NCBI GenBank assembly: GCA_964653965.1
Contig: CAZZFU010000002.1
Location: 1 to 37,508, forward strand
Reading direction: 5' to 3'
DNA: 37,508 bases
From: Candidatus Woesearchaeota archaeon
GTDB lineage: Archaea > Nanobdellota > Nanobdellia > Pacearchaeales > GW2011-AR1
Shown here: positions 15,996 through 24,110 of the stretch, piece after piece
Layout of the letters: each line of letters starts with the position of its first letter
Position numbering within the stretch: position 1 is the first letter of the stretch
Made by a program: the position numbers and the translations under genes
Notes under the pieces: generated by a model
What the model saw: only the letters and a program-made list of their open reading frames with translations
The model's database searches: none
What the model was told of the DNA's origin: nothing

Positions 15996-17084
15996 TTATT
16001 TTTTCTTTTTAAAGTGTTTATTAACATATTCTATTAATTCACTTCCAACAAGCTGGCTGTTTGAAGGTCCGACTCTTATATAAAATTCTTCTTCTTTTGG
16101 ATTTGGTTTTAGAAAAACCTCTTTAGATGATTTTTCACAATCTACTCTCATTATAAATTTATTTCTAACTTTTAAAAATTTCAAATTTATTAGATGCAGA
16201 TTTTTCTTACCTATTTTTTCCTTTATTATATTTGTTAGATGCAATGCAAATTTATCATCATTTTCAAATTTATCTGAATCAATTCCTAGAATTTCTCCTT
16301 TATTTGAAACTCCTATAAGAAGAGTTCCCCCATTTGTATTTAAAAAAGCAACAATTGTTTTTAGAACAGAATACTCTATTTTTTTATCAAATTCTTTTGT
16401 GTGTAAATTTGTTCTTAAAGTTGATTTGAATTCTATTTTTTCATCTTCTCCTTGAGAAATTAACTCAGATAATTCTTCTTCGTGTGTTTTTCTTAAAAAA
16501 TTAGGATTTAATCTAATAAAGGCTTTTGCAAATTTTCTTATTTTTATATATCCTTTCATATATCCCAAACCAATAATTGCTGCTATTGCTGCTCCAATTA
16601 TTACAAAAAAGAGATTTTTCATTGTATAAGAATATAAATCTCCTGAAAGAGGATGTCCTGCTAAACTTTTTAAAAAATATTTTAATAATTCTAATAATGC
16701 TCCAAAACTAACTGCAAAATTAAAAGAAAACAGAGTTATAAGAAAATTATTCTTTTTTATTTGATTGCTAGAATATAAAATTGCTGAAATTAATAATCCA
16801 ATAAAGGCTATTGCAATACCAAAGAAAATTGGGGCAATTATCCCACTTATTTTTCCAATAAAAAGAGTAAATATTACAAAAATAAACAATGCCCATTCAA
16901 ATATTTTTGGAATCTTTATTTCATATTTCTTTATAATTTGAGGAAGAAACATTAAAATCAATAAAAATATATTTGTTGACATTATATGCCAAAACTGATT
17001 ATAGATAGCATTTAAAATAGAAAGAATAAGCACTAGTTTTATTGCAAGAGAAAGATAATTTTCTATAAAAGAGGGTTTTTTCAT
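15996..17084 (-). CDS. Polytopic membrane protein fused to a C-terminal Schlafen/AlbA_2 (divergent AAA_4) domain
   Basis: About 6 N-terminal hydrophobic helices, then EDEKIEFKSTL...VLKTIVAFLNTNGGTLLIGVSNKGEILGI...FYIRVGPSN, the AlbA_2 signature (E-x-EFK ... NT-GG-L-iGV ... G). Confidence 0.6.
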   Translation of the reverse strand: MKKPSFIENYLSLAIKLVLILSILNAIYNQFWHIMSTNIFLLILMFLPQIIKKYEIKIPKIFEWALFIFVIFTLFIGKISGIIAPIFFGIAIAFIGLLISAILYSSNQIKKNNFLITLFSFNFAVSFGALLELLKYFLKSLAGHPLSGDLYSYTMKNLFFVIIGAAIAAIIGLGYMKGYIKIRKFAKAFIRLNPNFLRKTHEEELSELISQGEDEKIEFKSTLRTNLHTKEFDKKIEYSVLKTIVAFLNTNGGTLLIGVSNKGEILGIDSDKFENDDKFALHLTNIIKEKIGKKNLHLINLKFLKVRNKFIMRVDCEKSSKEVFLKPNPKEEEFYIRVGPSNSQLVGSELIEYVNKHFKKKK

Positions 17085-17171
17085 ACAAAAATTAATAAAT
17101 TGAAGTTTATAGTTTTTTTGAAATTTTGTCTTTATAATAATCTTTATAAACTATTAATTTTCAATAGATTT

Positions 17172-17486
17172 ATGACACAATTAGAAGATAATTTTAATGA
17201 GGGAAACTGGGTAAGGTTTAATGATTCTACTCACACTGGTCCAGAAAAGTATAAGAAATTAACTGCAGAAGAAGCAGAAGCATATAATCTAAGTTCTCCT
17301 GTTGATTTAGAAATTCCTGAAAAAGTTGATGAAAAAGAAGTTGAATTTTATTATACAGTAAAAATAGTAGGATATAATCGCAGAATTGAAAATTGTAAAC
17401 CAGAAGAATTTAAAAAAAGGATTGTTTATCAAAAAGAGTTAGAAATTTATGAAGCGTTACTAGAAGAATTAGAAAAAAAAGAATAA
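17172..17486 (+). CDS. Hypothetical acidic protein
   Basis: First ATG within track ORF 17100..17486; the track start is TTG. No recognised motif. Confidence 0.45.
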   Translation: MTQLEDNFNEGNWVRFNDSTHTGPEKYKKLTAEEAEAYNLSSPVDLEIPEKVDEKEVEFYYTVKIVGYNRRIENCKPEEFKKRIVYQKELEIYEALLEELEKKE

Positions 17487-17517
17487 AAATTAAGGATGTT
17501 GGAGTTGATAGTTTTTT

Positions 17518-17802
17518 TTATGTTTCATAAATTATTTGGTAGCCGTCTGATTTAAATTCTTCTATTAATCCTTTTTCACAATTATTTAAATAAAAAGTTA
17601 ATATGGAGATCTTTTTTAATCTTCCAAATTTTAATAATTCACCATATTTTTTATCATTTAATAGAATATCTTCCCCTTCATTAATAATGTAATAATCGTA
17701 TGGATTATCTTCATCTTTAAGATTATTTTTTAATATATTCTTTATAGGGCATTCTATATCATTGAAAAATTCTATTATTTTTTCTAATTTTTCTTCAACC
17801 AT
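17518..17802 (-). CDS. Hypothetical small protein
   Basis: Starting at the internal ATG (MVEEKLEK) gives an 8-nt overlap with the ligase stop. The longer track ORF would overlap by 47 nt. No recognised family. Confidence 0.45.
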   Translation of the reverse strand: MVEEKLEKIIEFFNDIECPIKNILKNNLKDEDNPYDYYIINEGEDILLNDKKYGELLKFGRLKKISILTFYLNNCEKGLIEEFKSDGYQIIYET

Positions 17803-19498
17803 ATTGCCAGTTTCTTTTTTGATGTTTGAAATCATTTTCAACTTCTTCTAGAGTTGATATTTCAGAGAGATGTTTATCTGTTCTTAATGCGGTAAATCTT
17901 GGAAATCTCAATGCCCATCCAGAATTATAATTAGGAGAACGCTGAATTTCCTGATATGTTACAGCTACAATTATTTTTGGTTTAAAATCTACTCTTTTTC
18001 CTTTTTCTTTTATTATTAATGGTTTTAATTTTTTAGTTAATTCTTCAAAAGAGATTCCTTGCTCTGTTTTTTCTTTTATTCCTGTTCCAACTTTCCCTAT
18101 TTCTAAATATTTATCTCCTTTTTTACAAGAGAGTATAAAACTAGACATCCAACCTGAACGTTTTCCTGTTCCATATTCTGCTCCAGTTATTACTAAATCT
18201 AAATCTCTTTCTTCTGGTTTTATTTTTAACATATTTCCAACTCTTCTTCCTGGTTTATATGGGGCTTTCAGATTCTTCATCATTACTCCTTCTTGATTGT
18301 CTTTTAGAGCTTTTTTATAAAATTCTTTTGCTTTTTTTGCATCTCCTGTAATTATTTGTTTTGCATGAATTATTTTATAAGGGTGATTTTTAATTATTTT
18401 TTTTATTAATTCTGTTCTTTTTTCAAAAGCTTCTTCTAATTGAGATTTTCCATTATAATATAAAATATCAAAAACATTAACTTCAACTGGAAGATCTCTT
18501 TGCATTTTATCTATGTTATATTTTCTTCTAATTCTTTGACTTATTGATTGAAATTCAGTATATTCTTTTGTTTTTTTAGAATAGCCAACTACTTCTGAGT
18601 CTAAAATAAATGAGTTTCCTTTAACAAATTTTAAAATATATTCCACAACTTCTGGAAATTGTTTTGTAACATTTTCTAATCTTCTTGTAAATAGAGTTAC
18701 TTTTTTTCCTTGTTTGTGAATTATTAGTCTAAACCCATCATATTTATATTCTATTGCACAAGGGCTTCCTAGTGCTTTAAATCCATCTTCTATTTTAATT
18801 ACTTTTTGCGCGAGCATTGCTTTAATTGGTTTTCCAACTTCTAAATGCACTTTTTCTAAATCTTTGACTTTTCCTTTTTTTGAAATGTCAAATACAACTG
18901 CTAAATCATTAGAATTATCTATTGCTTGTTGAATTTTAGTTTCATATTCTTTATTATTTTTGAAAAAAGCTTTAAGTATCCCATATTTAACTGTTGATTC
19001 TTGAACACCTATTCTTAAATCTCCAATTAATGTTCTAACTAAATATAAGGCTTCAATAGGTGTTGCTGAAGTTAGAAGTTCTGTTATTAGATTTAATTTT
19101 TTTCCAACTGTTCCTTTTCCTTCTAGTTCTGGGAGTTTTCTTAAATTTTCTAAAACTTTTTCAGTTGTTAGAATATGACTGTGCAAAGTTGATTGTTTTT
19201 TATGAATTGTAAATTTTTCAGCAACTTTTCCAATATCTCCTATTGTTTTCCATTCAAATAGAACTTTTTTTGCATCTGTTCCTGTTGCTTTTGAAATTGC
19301 TTTTATTGCTAATTGATTACTTATTCCAATCCTTCTTTCATCATATTCTGGATAAATATCTCCAAGTAAAAGGTACATGACTTCTCTGTCTTTATCTGTT
19401 AAGAATTTTAAAAATTTAGAAAGAATATCAATTTTTTCAAGACGTTTTGTAGTACTTGACACCTCTTCATAAAATTCTGCGAGTTTTGAATATCTCAT
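17795..19498 (-). CDS. lig: ATP-dependent DNA ligase
   Basis: Adenylation motif I CAIEYKYDGFR (KxDG), motif III FILDSEVV, motif IV, motif V EGVMMK, and the OB-domain motif LKIK. Confidence 0.93.
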   Translation of the reverse strand: MRYSKLAEFYEEVSSTTKRLEKIDILSKFLKFLTDKDREVMYLLLGDIYPEYDERRIGISNQLAIKAISKATGTDAKKVLFEWKTIGDIGKVAEKFTIHKKQSTLHSHILTTEKVLENLRKLPELEGKGTVGKKLNLITELLTSATPIEALYLVRTLIGDLRIGVQESTVKYGILKAFFKNNKEYETKIQQAIDNSNDLAVVFDISKKGKVKDLEKVHLEVGKPIKAMLAQKVIKIEDGFKALGSPCAIEYKYDGFRLIIHKQGKKVTLFTRRLENVTKQFPEVVEYILKFVKGNSFILDSEVVGYSKKTKEYTEFQSISQRIRRKYNIDKMQRDLPVEVNVFDILYYNGKSQLEEAFEKRTELIKKIIKNHPYKIIHAKQIITGDAKKAKEFYKKALKDNQEGVMMKNLKAPYKPGRRVGNMLKIKPEERDLDLVITGAEYGTGKRSGWMSSFILSCKKGDKYLEIGKVGTGIKEKTEQGISFEELTKKLKPLIIKEKGKRVDFKPKIIVAVTYQEIQRSPNYNSGWALRFPRFTALRTDKHLSEISTLEEVENDFKHQKRNWQYG

Positions 19499-19522
19499 AA
19501 AAATATTAAGAAAAAAGTGTTT

Positions 19523-19801
19523 TTAAGACTTAGGTTTATTATTTATTTTTTTAATTTCTGTTATTTTTCCTGGACAATATGGTTGATTTTTGCTTGGTTG
19601 GGCTATTATTGGATAAAATCCTGTTTTTGGAGTTGTTGAAATTTCTTTATCCCAATTTTTTGAATAAATTACCACTCTTTCTGGATCTAAAGGGTTTATT
19701 TCTATCTTACTTCCGTTTAGTTTTTTATATTCAACAATTGTTCCATTAATTCCTAGAATTATAATTGAATTCCCCTCTTTACAGATAGTTAATTCTAACA
19801 T
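19523..19801 (-). CDS. Hypothetical small protein
   Basis: ORF only (92 aa), in tandem with lig and dfx on the minus strand. Confidence 0.45.
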   Translation of the reverse strand: MLELTICKEGNSIIILGINGTIVEYKKLNGSKIEINPLDPERVVIYSKNWDKEISTTPKTGFYPIIAQPSKNQPYCPGKITEIKKINNKPKS

Positions 19802-19831
19802 CTATTTTTATAAGGATAATAAGATTTATAA

Positions 19832-20209
19832 TTATTCGCTTTTCCAAAGCCCATGTAAATTGCAATATTCCCTTGCAATTATTTTATCTGCTTTAACAGG
19901 AAATTTTGCTTGAGGAAGTTCTCCTGGTTTTAGAAATTTCTTTGAAGAGCCTTTTTCAGTTGAAATTTCAATCCATTCAATAAAGTGATTCTCATCCATT
20001 GGATGCTCTATACTTCCAACTTTTACAATTACTCCTTGTTCATCTTTTTCAATTATTGGAACATGTTTCTCATTTGAAGCATCAACTGTGTTTTCTAATT
20101 GAAGTTTCATGGGTTGATTGCAACAAACTAATTCTCCTGCACCTTTGTGCAGAACTTCTACTATATTTCCACATATTTCACATTTGTAAATTTGCTTTTT
20201 TTCTGTCAT
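19832..20209 (-). CDS. dfx: Desulfoferrodoxin (2Fe superoxide reductase)
   Basis: N-terminal desulforedoxin-like YKCEICGNIVEVLHKGAGELVCCNQPM, and a C-terminal SOR centre with EKHVPI...HPM...H.IEWIE...CNLHGLW. Confidence 0.88.
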   Translation of the reverse strand: MTEKKQIYKCEICGNIVEVLHKGAGELVCCNQPMKLQLENTVDASNEKHVPIIEKDEQGVIVKVGSIEHPMDENHFIEWIEISTEKGSSKKFLKPGELPQAKFPVKADKIIAREYCNLHGLWKSE

Positions 20210-20218
20210 TTTTGAAGA

Positions 20219-20500
20219 TTATTTTCTCATTTCTTCAACTTCTTTTTTTCCTTCTTCAAATTCTTCTACTTGTTCAGGATCTTTTTCAAAAAGAAGTGTC
20301 TGAAACTCTCCAACATGTTCTTTTTCTTCTTTTGCAACAGCCAACATTACTTTTTTAATATGCTCGTCTTGTGCATATGCTGCAAGTTGTTCATAAAGAT
20401 TTATTGCATCAAGTTCTGCAATAACTCCTAACCTAAGAATCTCTTTGTCAATGTTTTCTTTTGGCACTTTTTCCAAATCTATTGGTAATTTAGATAACAT
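20219..20500 (-). CDS. Ferritin-like protein of the encapsulated-ferritin (EncFtn)/rubrerythrin type
   Basis: IAELDAINLYEQLA......VMLAVAKEEKEHVGEF carries the E...Y and ExxH metal-site pattern remembered for EncFtn. It is short (93 aa) with an acidic C-terminus. Confidence 0.55.
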   Translation of the reverse strand: MLSKLPIDLEKVPKENIDKEILRLGVIAELDAINLYEQLAAYAQDEHIKKVMLAVAKEEKEHVGEFQTLLFEKDPEQVEEFEEGKKEVEEMRK

Positions 20501-20581
20501 TTTTTCCTCCTTGTTTTTAATTCATTATTTTCACAGAGTATTTTATTTATAAGTGTTTGCAACTACTAATTGGTTAGAGAA

Positions 20582-21154
20582 TTATTTTCCTCTTCTTTTT
20601 CCTGCTCTTACACTTGGACGTGTTTTTGAAGTTGGAGATTTGTTTCTTAATCCTCTTGATTTTTTAGCAGCAGAAGTCAATCCTCTTTCTGCTCTTTTTT
20701 TATTTGCTCTTTTTCCAATCCAATTAATTGTTTTATCTTTTTTAATTTCTGGTTTACTTGGATCAACACAAATAACTTCATAAAAATAATTTATTCCATC
20801 TCTTCCAATTACATATGAATTTAATACTTCTAGATTTTTGTATTTTCTTCCAACTCTTTGTTCTGCAATCCATTTGTAATTCATCTTTAGATTTTTTCTA
20901 GTGTGTAATCTCTTACTTCTTCTTCCTTTATTTGGTCTTGGTCTTTTATGCCCTCCTCTTTTAATTCTTATTCTTATTATTACAAATCCTTTTTTTGCTT
21001 TATATCCTAAAGCTCGTGCTCTATCTAATCTCAAAGGTTTGTCAACTTTTGTAAATACTCCTGTTTTTCTCCATTCTATCATTCTTTCTCTAAGAGTTTT
21101 TTTATCTGGCTTTTTCCAAGCTTTTCTTATTTGGTGATACATTCCTTTTGTCAT
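20582..21154 (-). CDS. rpl15e: Large-subunit ribosomal protein L15e
   Basis: MYHQIRKAWKKP...RLDRARALGYKAKKGFVIIRIRIKRGG is typical of eL15. Confidence 0.93.
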   Translation of the reverse strand: MTKGMYHQIRKAWKKPDKKTLRERMIEWRKTGVFTKVDKPLRLDRARALGYKAKKGFVIIRIRIKRGGHKRPRPNKGRRSKRLHTRKNLKMNYKWIAEQRVGRKYKNLEVLNSYVIGRDGINYFYEVICVDPSKPEIKKDKTINWIGKRANKKRAERGLTSAAKKSRGLRNKSPTSKTRPSVRAGKRRGK

Positions 21155-21193
21155 ATTATTTTATAGAAAATTAGTTTTTAAAAGTTAGGGTTC

Positions 21194-21394
21194 TTAATAT
21201 TTTAATATTGATTTAATCTCTCTAGCAAACTCAATAGGAGATTTATCTTTGATTTGTTCATATGGGACAGGTTTCATCAATTTTACTATCTCATCTAATG
21301 AATTTGCTTGTAAGTGTTTGCTCCTTACAATTATTGGAAGAATCTCCTTTTCATATAAAAATTCTTTTATTTTTGTTATATATTTGTTTGGCAT
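21194..21394 (-). CDS. Hypothetical small protein
   Basis: ORF only (66 aa), between tRNA-Ile and rpl15e on the same strand. Confidence 0.4.
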   Translation of the reverse strand: MPNKYITKIKEFLYEKEILPIIVRSKHLQANSLDEIVKLMKPVPYEQIKDKSPIEFAREIKSILKY

Positions 21395-21421
21395 TTTAAA
21401 TTTTGAAATATTTAAAGTTAA

Positions 21422-21515
21422 TGAGGCTGCACGGATTTGAACCGTGGACCCCTACCTGTCTGATTTTCTTTATTATTATCAGAGTAGTGCTCTAACCAGG
21501 CTGAGCTACAGCCTC
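21422..21515 (-). tRNA. tRNA-Ile (GAT) with a 19-nt intron at position 37/38
   Basis: Minus strand: GAGGCTG-TA-GCTC-AGCCTGGTTA-GAGC-A-CTACT-CTGATA [intron 21476..21458 ATAATAAAGAAAATCAGAC] A-GGTAG-GGGTC-CACGG-TTCAAAT-CCGTG-CAGCCTC-A. TCTGAT/ATCAGA pairing across the splice sites fits a bulge-helix-bulge motif. Confidence 0.9.
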
Positions 21516-21537
21516 ATGAATATCTGATTGAGAAAGA

Positions 21538-21547
21538 TTATTTAAAG
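21538..21547 (-). promoter_or_regulatory. TATA-like box (CTTTAAATAA on the minus strand) about 27 nt upstream of tRNA-Ile
   Basis: Spacing to tRNA 5' end 21515. Confidence 0.4.
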
Positions 21548-21554
21548 GTTTTCT

Positions 21555-22193
21555 TTAATCTTTTGCTTCTAATTCAAGAATTAATTTTCCTCTTTCTAAT
21601 TCATAGTCTAGTATTGTGAGATTTACAGGAATTAGTTTAAAATAAGCCTTATCTTTTGCAACAGCTTTAATTTCAATACTATTTTCTAATTTAATAATAG
21701 ATAAGTCTTTTAGAGATTTAACTCCTGGTAAGTTTATTTCATATATTATTGTATTTGAAAGTCTTTTTACATTTGTTTTGGGTTCTTTTTTAGGAAGTTC
21801 TGAAAATCTTTTTAATCCTTGTTTTGAGAAATTATCTAGAGATTTTTCTTTTTTTTCAATTTTATTTTTTTTATCCATTTCTTTTAGATTTATTTCTTTT
21901 CCATTTATCATTAATCTTACATTTGTTTTTGGCTGAATGTTTTCTCTTGATATTTCTTTTTTCATTTCTTTCTCTAACATTTTCATGGCACTTCCTAACA
22001 TTTTATTTATCATATTTCCAGTGAATTTATCAAAAAGAGAATTTGAAAAAGGATCTCTTTCTTCAAAATCTTCTCTTCCCAACATTCCCCAATCTTGAGA
22101 ATTTTCTTTTTTTAATAGAGTTCCACAATTAGGGCAAAATCTATGTTTAGAATTTACTTTTTCTCCACATCTTTTACATTTTTTACGGCTCAT
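21555..22193 (-). CDS. Zinc-ribbon protein with a C-terminal Hsp20/alpha-crystallin-like domain
   Basis: N-terminus KCKRCGEKVNSKHRFCPNCG (CxxC-N10-CxxC). C-terminus IIYEINLPGVKSLKDLSIIKLENSIEIKAVAKDKAYFKLIPV...GKLILELE resembles the ACD core. Confidence 0.5.
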   Translation of the reverse strand: MSRKKCKRCGEKVNSKHRFCPNCGTLLKKENSQDWGMLGREDFEERDPFSNSLFDKFTGNMINKMLGSAMKMLEKEMKKEISRENIQPKTNVRLMINGKEINLKEMDKKNKIEKKEKSLDNFSKQGLKRFSELPKKEPKTNVKRLSNTIIYEINLPGVKSLKDLSIIKLENSIEIKAVAKDKAYFKLIPVNLTILDYELERGKLILELEAKD

Positions 22194-22228
22194 AACTATC
22201 TTCTATTAACCTCTCTTTAAATATCTTT

Positions 22229-23599
22229 TTATCTTTTTAAATAATATCCCAAAGAAACAATTTGTCTACCTTCTTGTATTAGGGTAGGTTTTATTTCTTT
22301 AATAATTGTTTTTTCTAGTTTTTTTCTATTTATTTTTTCTGTTTTTTTTATTTCTTTTAGTTTAGGGAGCCACCAAGATACAACAACCATTCTAGCTATT
22401 GTACCTATTATAAATATTAATATTATTGGTTCAAAAATCCAGATTGGAAGAAATTTTATTAATAAAGCAGCAATTCCTGCTCCTGCAGAAACCCCTATTC
22501 CCCAAAGCATATTATAATATGAAGAAGCTAAACTTCTTTTTTGTTTACTTACATTATCATATATAAAATTGTTGCATGCTAAAGCAAATCCTCCCCATGA
22601 AATACCTCCAATTAGAGCTGGAACAAAAATTAAATAAATTGGAGAAGCATGCAAAACCCATAATAAAGGAACTATTGGAAGAAATAAAGTAGTTATAAAT
22701 AGTACCTTATAATTTCCATATTTATCTGCTATTTTTCCCCAAAGTTCTACAAGTAAGAGAGAAAAAACTGTTTCTGCTATTAAAATTATCATATAAGTGG
22801 AATAATTAAATCCTAAATATCTCAATAAATATATTGCCCATACAGCGCTTGTAATACTTGCTGCAAAGGCGTAGAGAGCTCTGAAAATACTAAATTTTCC
22901 AAAATTATTTTTTGGAGCTTTTTTTAGAAAAGACCAAAATGAAAAATAATTTTTCTTTTCAAATTTAAGTTTTGGCTCATATTGTTTTTTAAAGATTCTC
23001 CAAGATAGAAGTCTAGAAATTAAAGCTAAACCAAATAAAATAGCAAATCCTGTCATTGCTAAATCTATTCTTTTAAAATAATCTAGAAAAAATGATGCAG
23101 AGATAGCCAATACAACTGAGATTACTCCTGCTAAAAGATTTCTTTTTGAGAACCATCTTCCACGATATTTTTCATCAACAATATCACCCATCCATGAGAA
23201 CCAATAAGGATGTGCAGTATTAGCTAATATAATATAAATAGCAAATGAAAATAATAATAAAATAGGAAGAAAACTTGTTATAATTCCTTTTGAAAATAAA
23301 AAAGCAATTATAATAAAAGGAATCCACATAAGAGCTTCTAAAAAAACAAAAGTTAATACAATTCTTTTTCTAGAATATCTCTCAAATTTTTGAGCACCAA
23401 TTATTTGACTAAGAGGGCCTAAAAGTCCAGAGATAGAAGTTAATAAAGCAACTAGAGGATTGCTAGTTTTAATAGCTATTGCAAAAGGATGTATAAATCT
23501 ATCTCCAAAAGACATTCTTGCAGAAGCAAAAATTCCTTCTTTAATACTATATATTCTTGCCTGATGTTTTAATTTTTTTATTCCTCTTTCTTTTTTCAT
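22229..23599 (-). CDS. MFS-type transporter
   Basis: About 12 hydrophobic helices and a DKYGNYK-like loop motif between TM8 and TM9 (ADKYGNYKV). Confidence 0.65.
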   Translation of the reverse strand: MKKERGIKKLKHQARIYSIKEGIFASARMSFGDRFIHPFAIAIKTSNPLVALLTSISGLLGPLSQIIGAQKFERYSRKRIVLTFVFLEALMWIPFIIIAFLFSKGIITSFLPILLLFSFAIYIILANTAHPYWFSWMGDIVDEKYRGRWFSKRNLLAGVISVVLAISASFFLDYFKRIDLAMTGFAILFGLALISRLLSWRIFKKQYEPKLKFEKKNYFSFWSFLKKAPKNNFGKFSIFRALYAFAASITSAVWAIYLLRYLGFNYSTYMIILIAETVFSLLLVELWGKIADKYGNYKVLFITTLFLPIVPLLWVLHASPIYLIFVPALIGGISWGGFALACNNFIYDNVSKQKRSLASSYYNMLWGIGVSAGAGIAALLIKFLPIWIFEPIILIFIIGTIARMVVVSWWLPKLKEIKKTEKINRKKLEKTIIKEIKPTLIQEGRQIVSLGYYLKR

Positions 23600-23646
23600 C
23601 TTTCTATTACAATAATTCTTATATAGTTAATAAAGTTTTAAAAGTT

Positions 23647-24072
23647 ATGGAAGGTAATAAGAAAAAAGCAAAAAATTTAATGAATCAAAGAGGTTTTGTA
23701 TTTAAAGATAGGCATGTTAGATGGAATTGGGAAAAATCCCCTTCAGATAAAAATTATGAAGATAAAATTCTTGTAAGATATCATTTTGTAATTACAGGAG
23801 ACCGTTTTTTAGAAGAAAAATTAGAAAGATTACAATTGAATTTTCAAGACAAAAGCATTATTTCCCACTCTTTTGAGGAGATTCGTAGATTAAAAGGAAA
23901 ATTTTTAGATACTGGTCTTGATTATTTGTTTGTTAGTTTTGATACAGAATATCCTTATAGTTTTATTAGTTTTGAAGGAATTTCTAAAAATATTAAGAGA
24001 GATTCTGATTTAAGAGAAAGAAAAGTATTGAAGATAGAAGATTATGTGGAAAGATTGTATAAAGCTAGTTAA
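23647..24072 (+). CDS. Hypothetical protein
   Basis: First ATG (MEGNKKKAK) in track ORF 23557..24072. The upstream part overlaps the MFS gene start and reads as low-complexity Phe/Leu. Confidence 0.45.
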   Translation: MEGNKKKAKNLMNQRGFVFKDRHVRWNWEKSPSDKNYEDKILVRYHFVITGDRFLEEKLERLQLNFQDKSIISHSFEEIRRLKGKFLDTGLDYLFVSFDTEYPYSFISFEGISKNIKRDSDLRERKVLKIEDYVERLYKAS

Positions 24073-24110
24073 TTAGTTATCTTTAAATATATTCGAACTT
24101 AATTCTAATT

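Noticed and set aside
17100-17171. TTG- or upstream-extended starts in the ORF track (17100, 23557, 31091, 34931, 36166)
   Set aside because: The extensions are hydrophobic low-complexity sequence read from promoter-like AT-rich DNA, or they overlap upstream genes. In-frame ATGs just downstream are more plausible.
9720-21515. tRNA genes as integration sites for a genomic island
   Set aside because: I found no integrase, no duplicated tRNA 3' half (attL/attR) and no compositional shift. The interval is filled with core informational genes.
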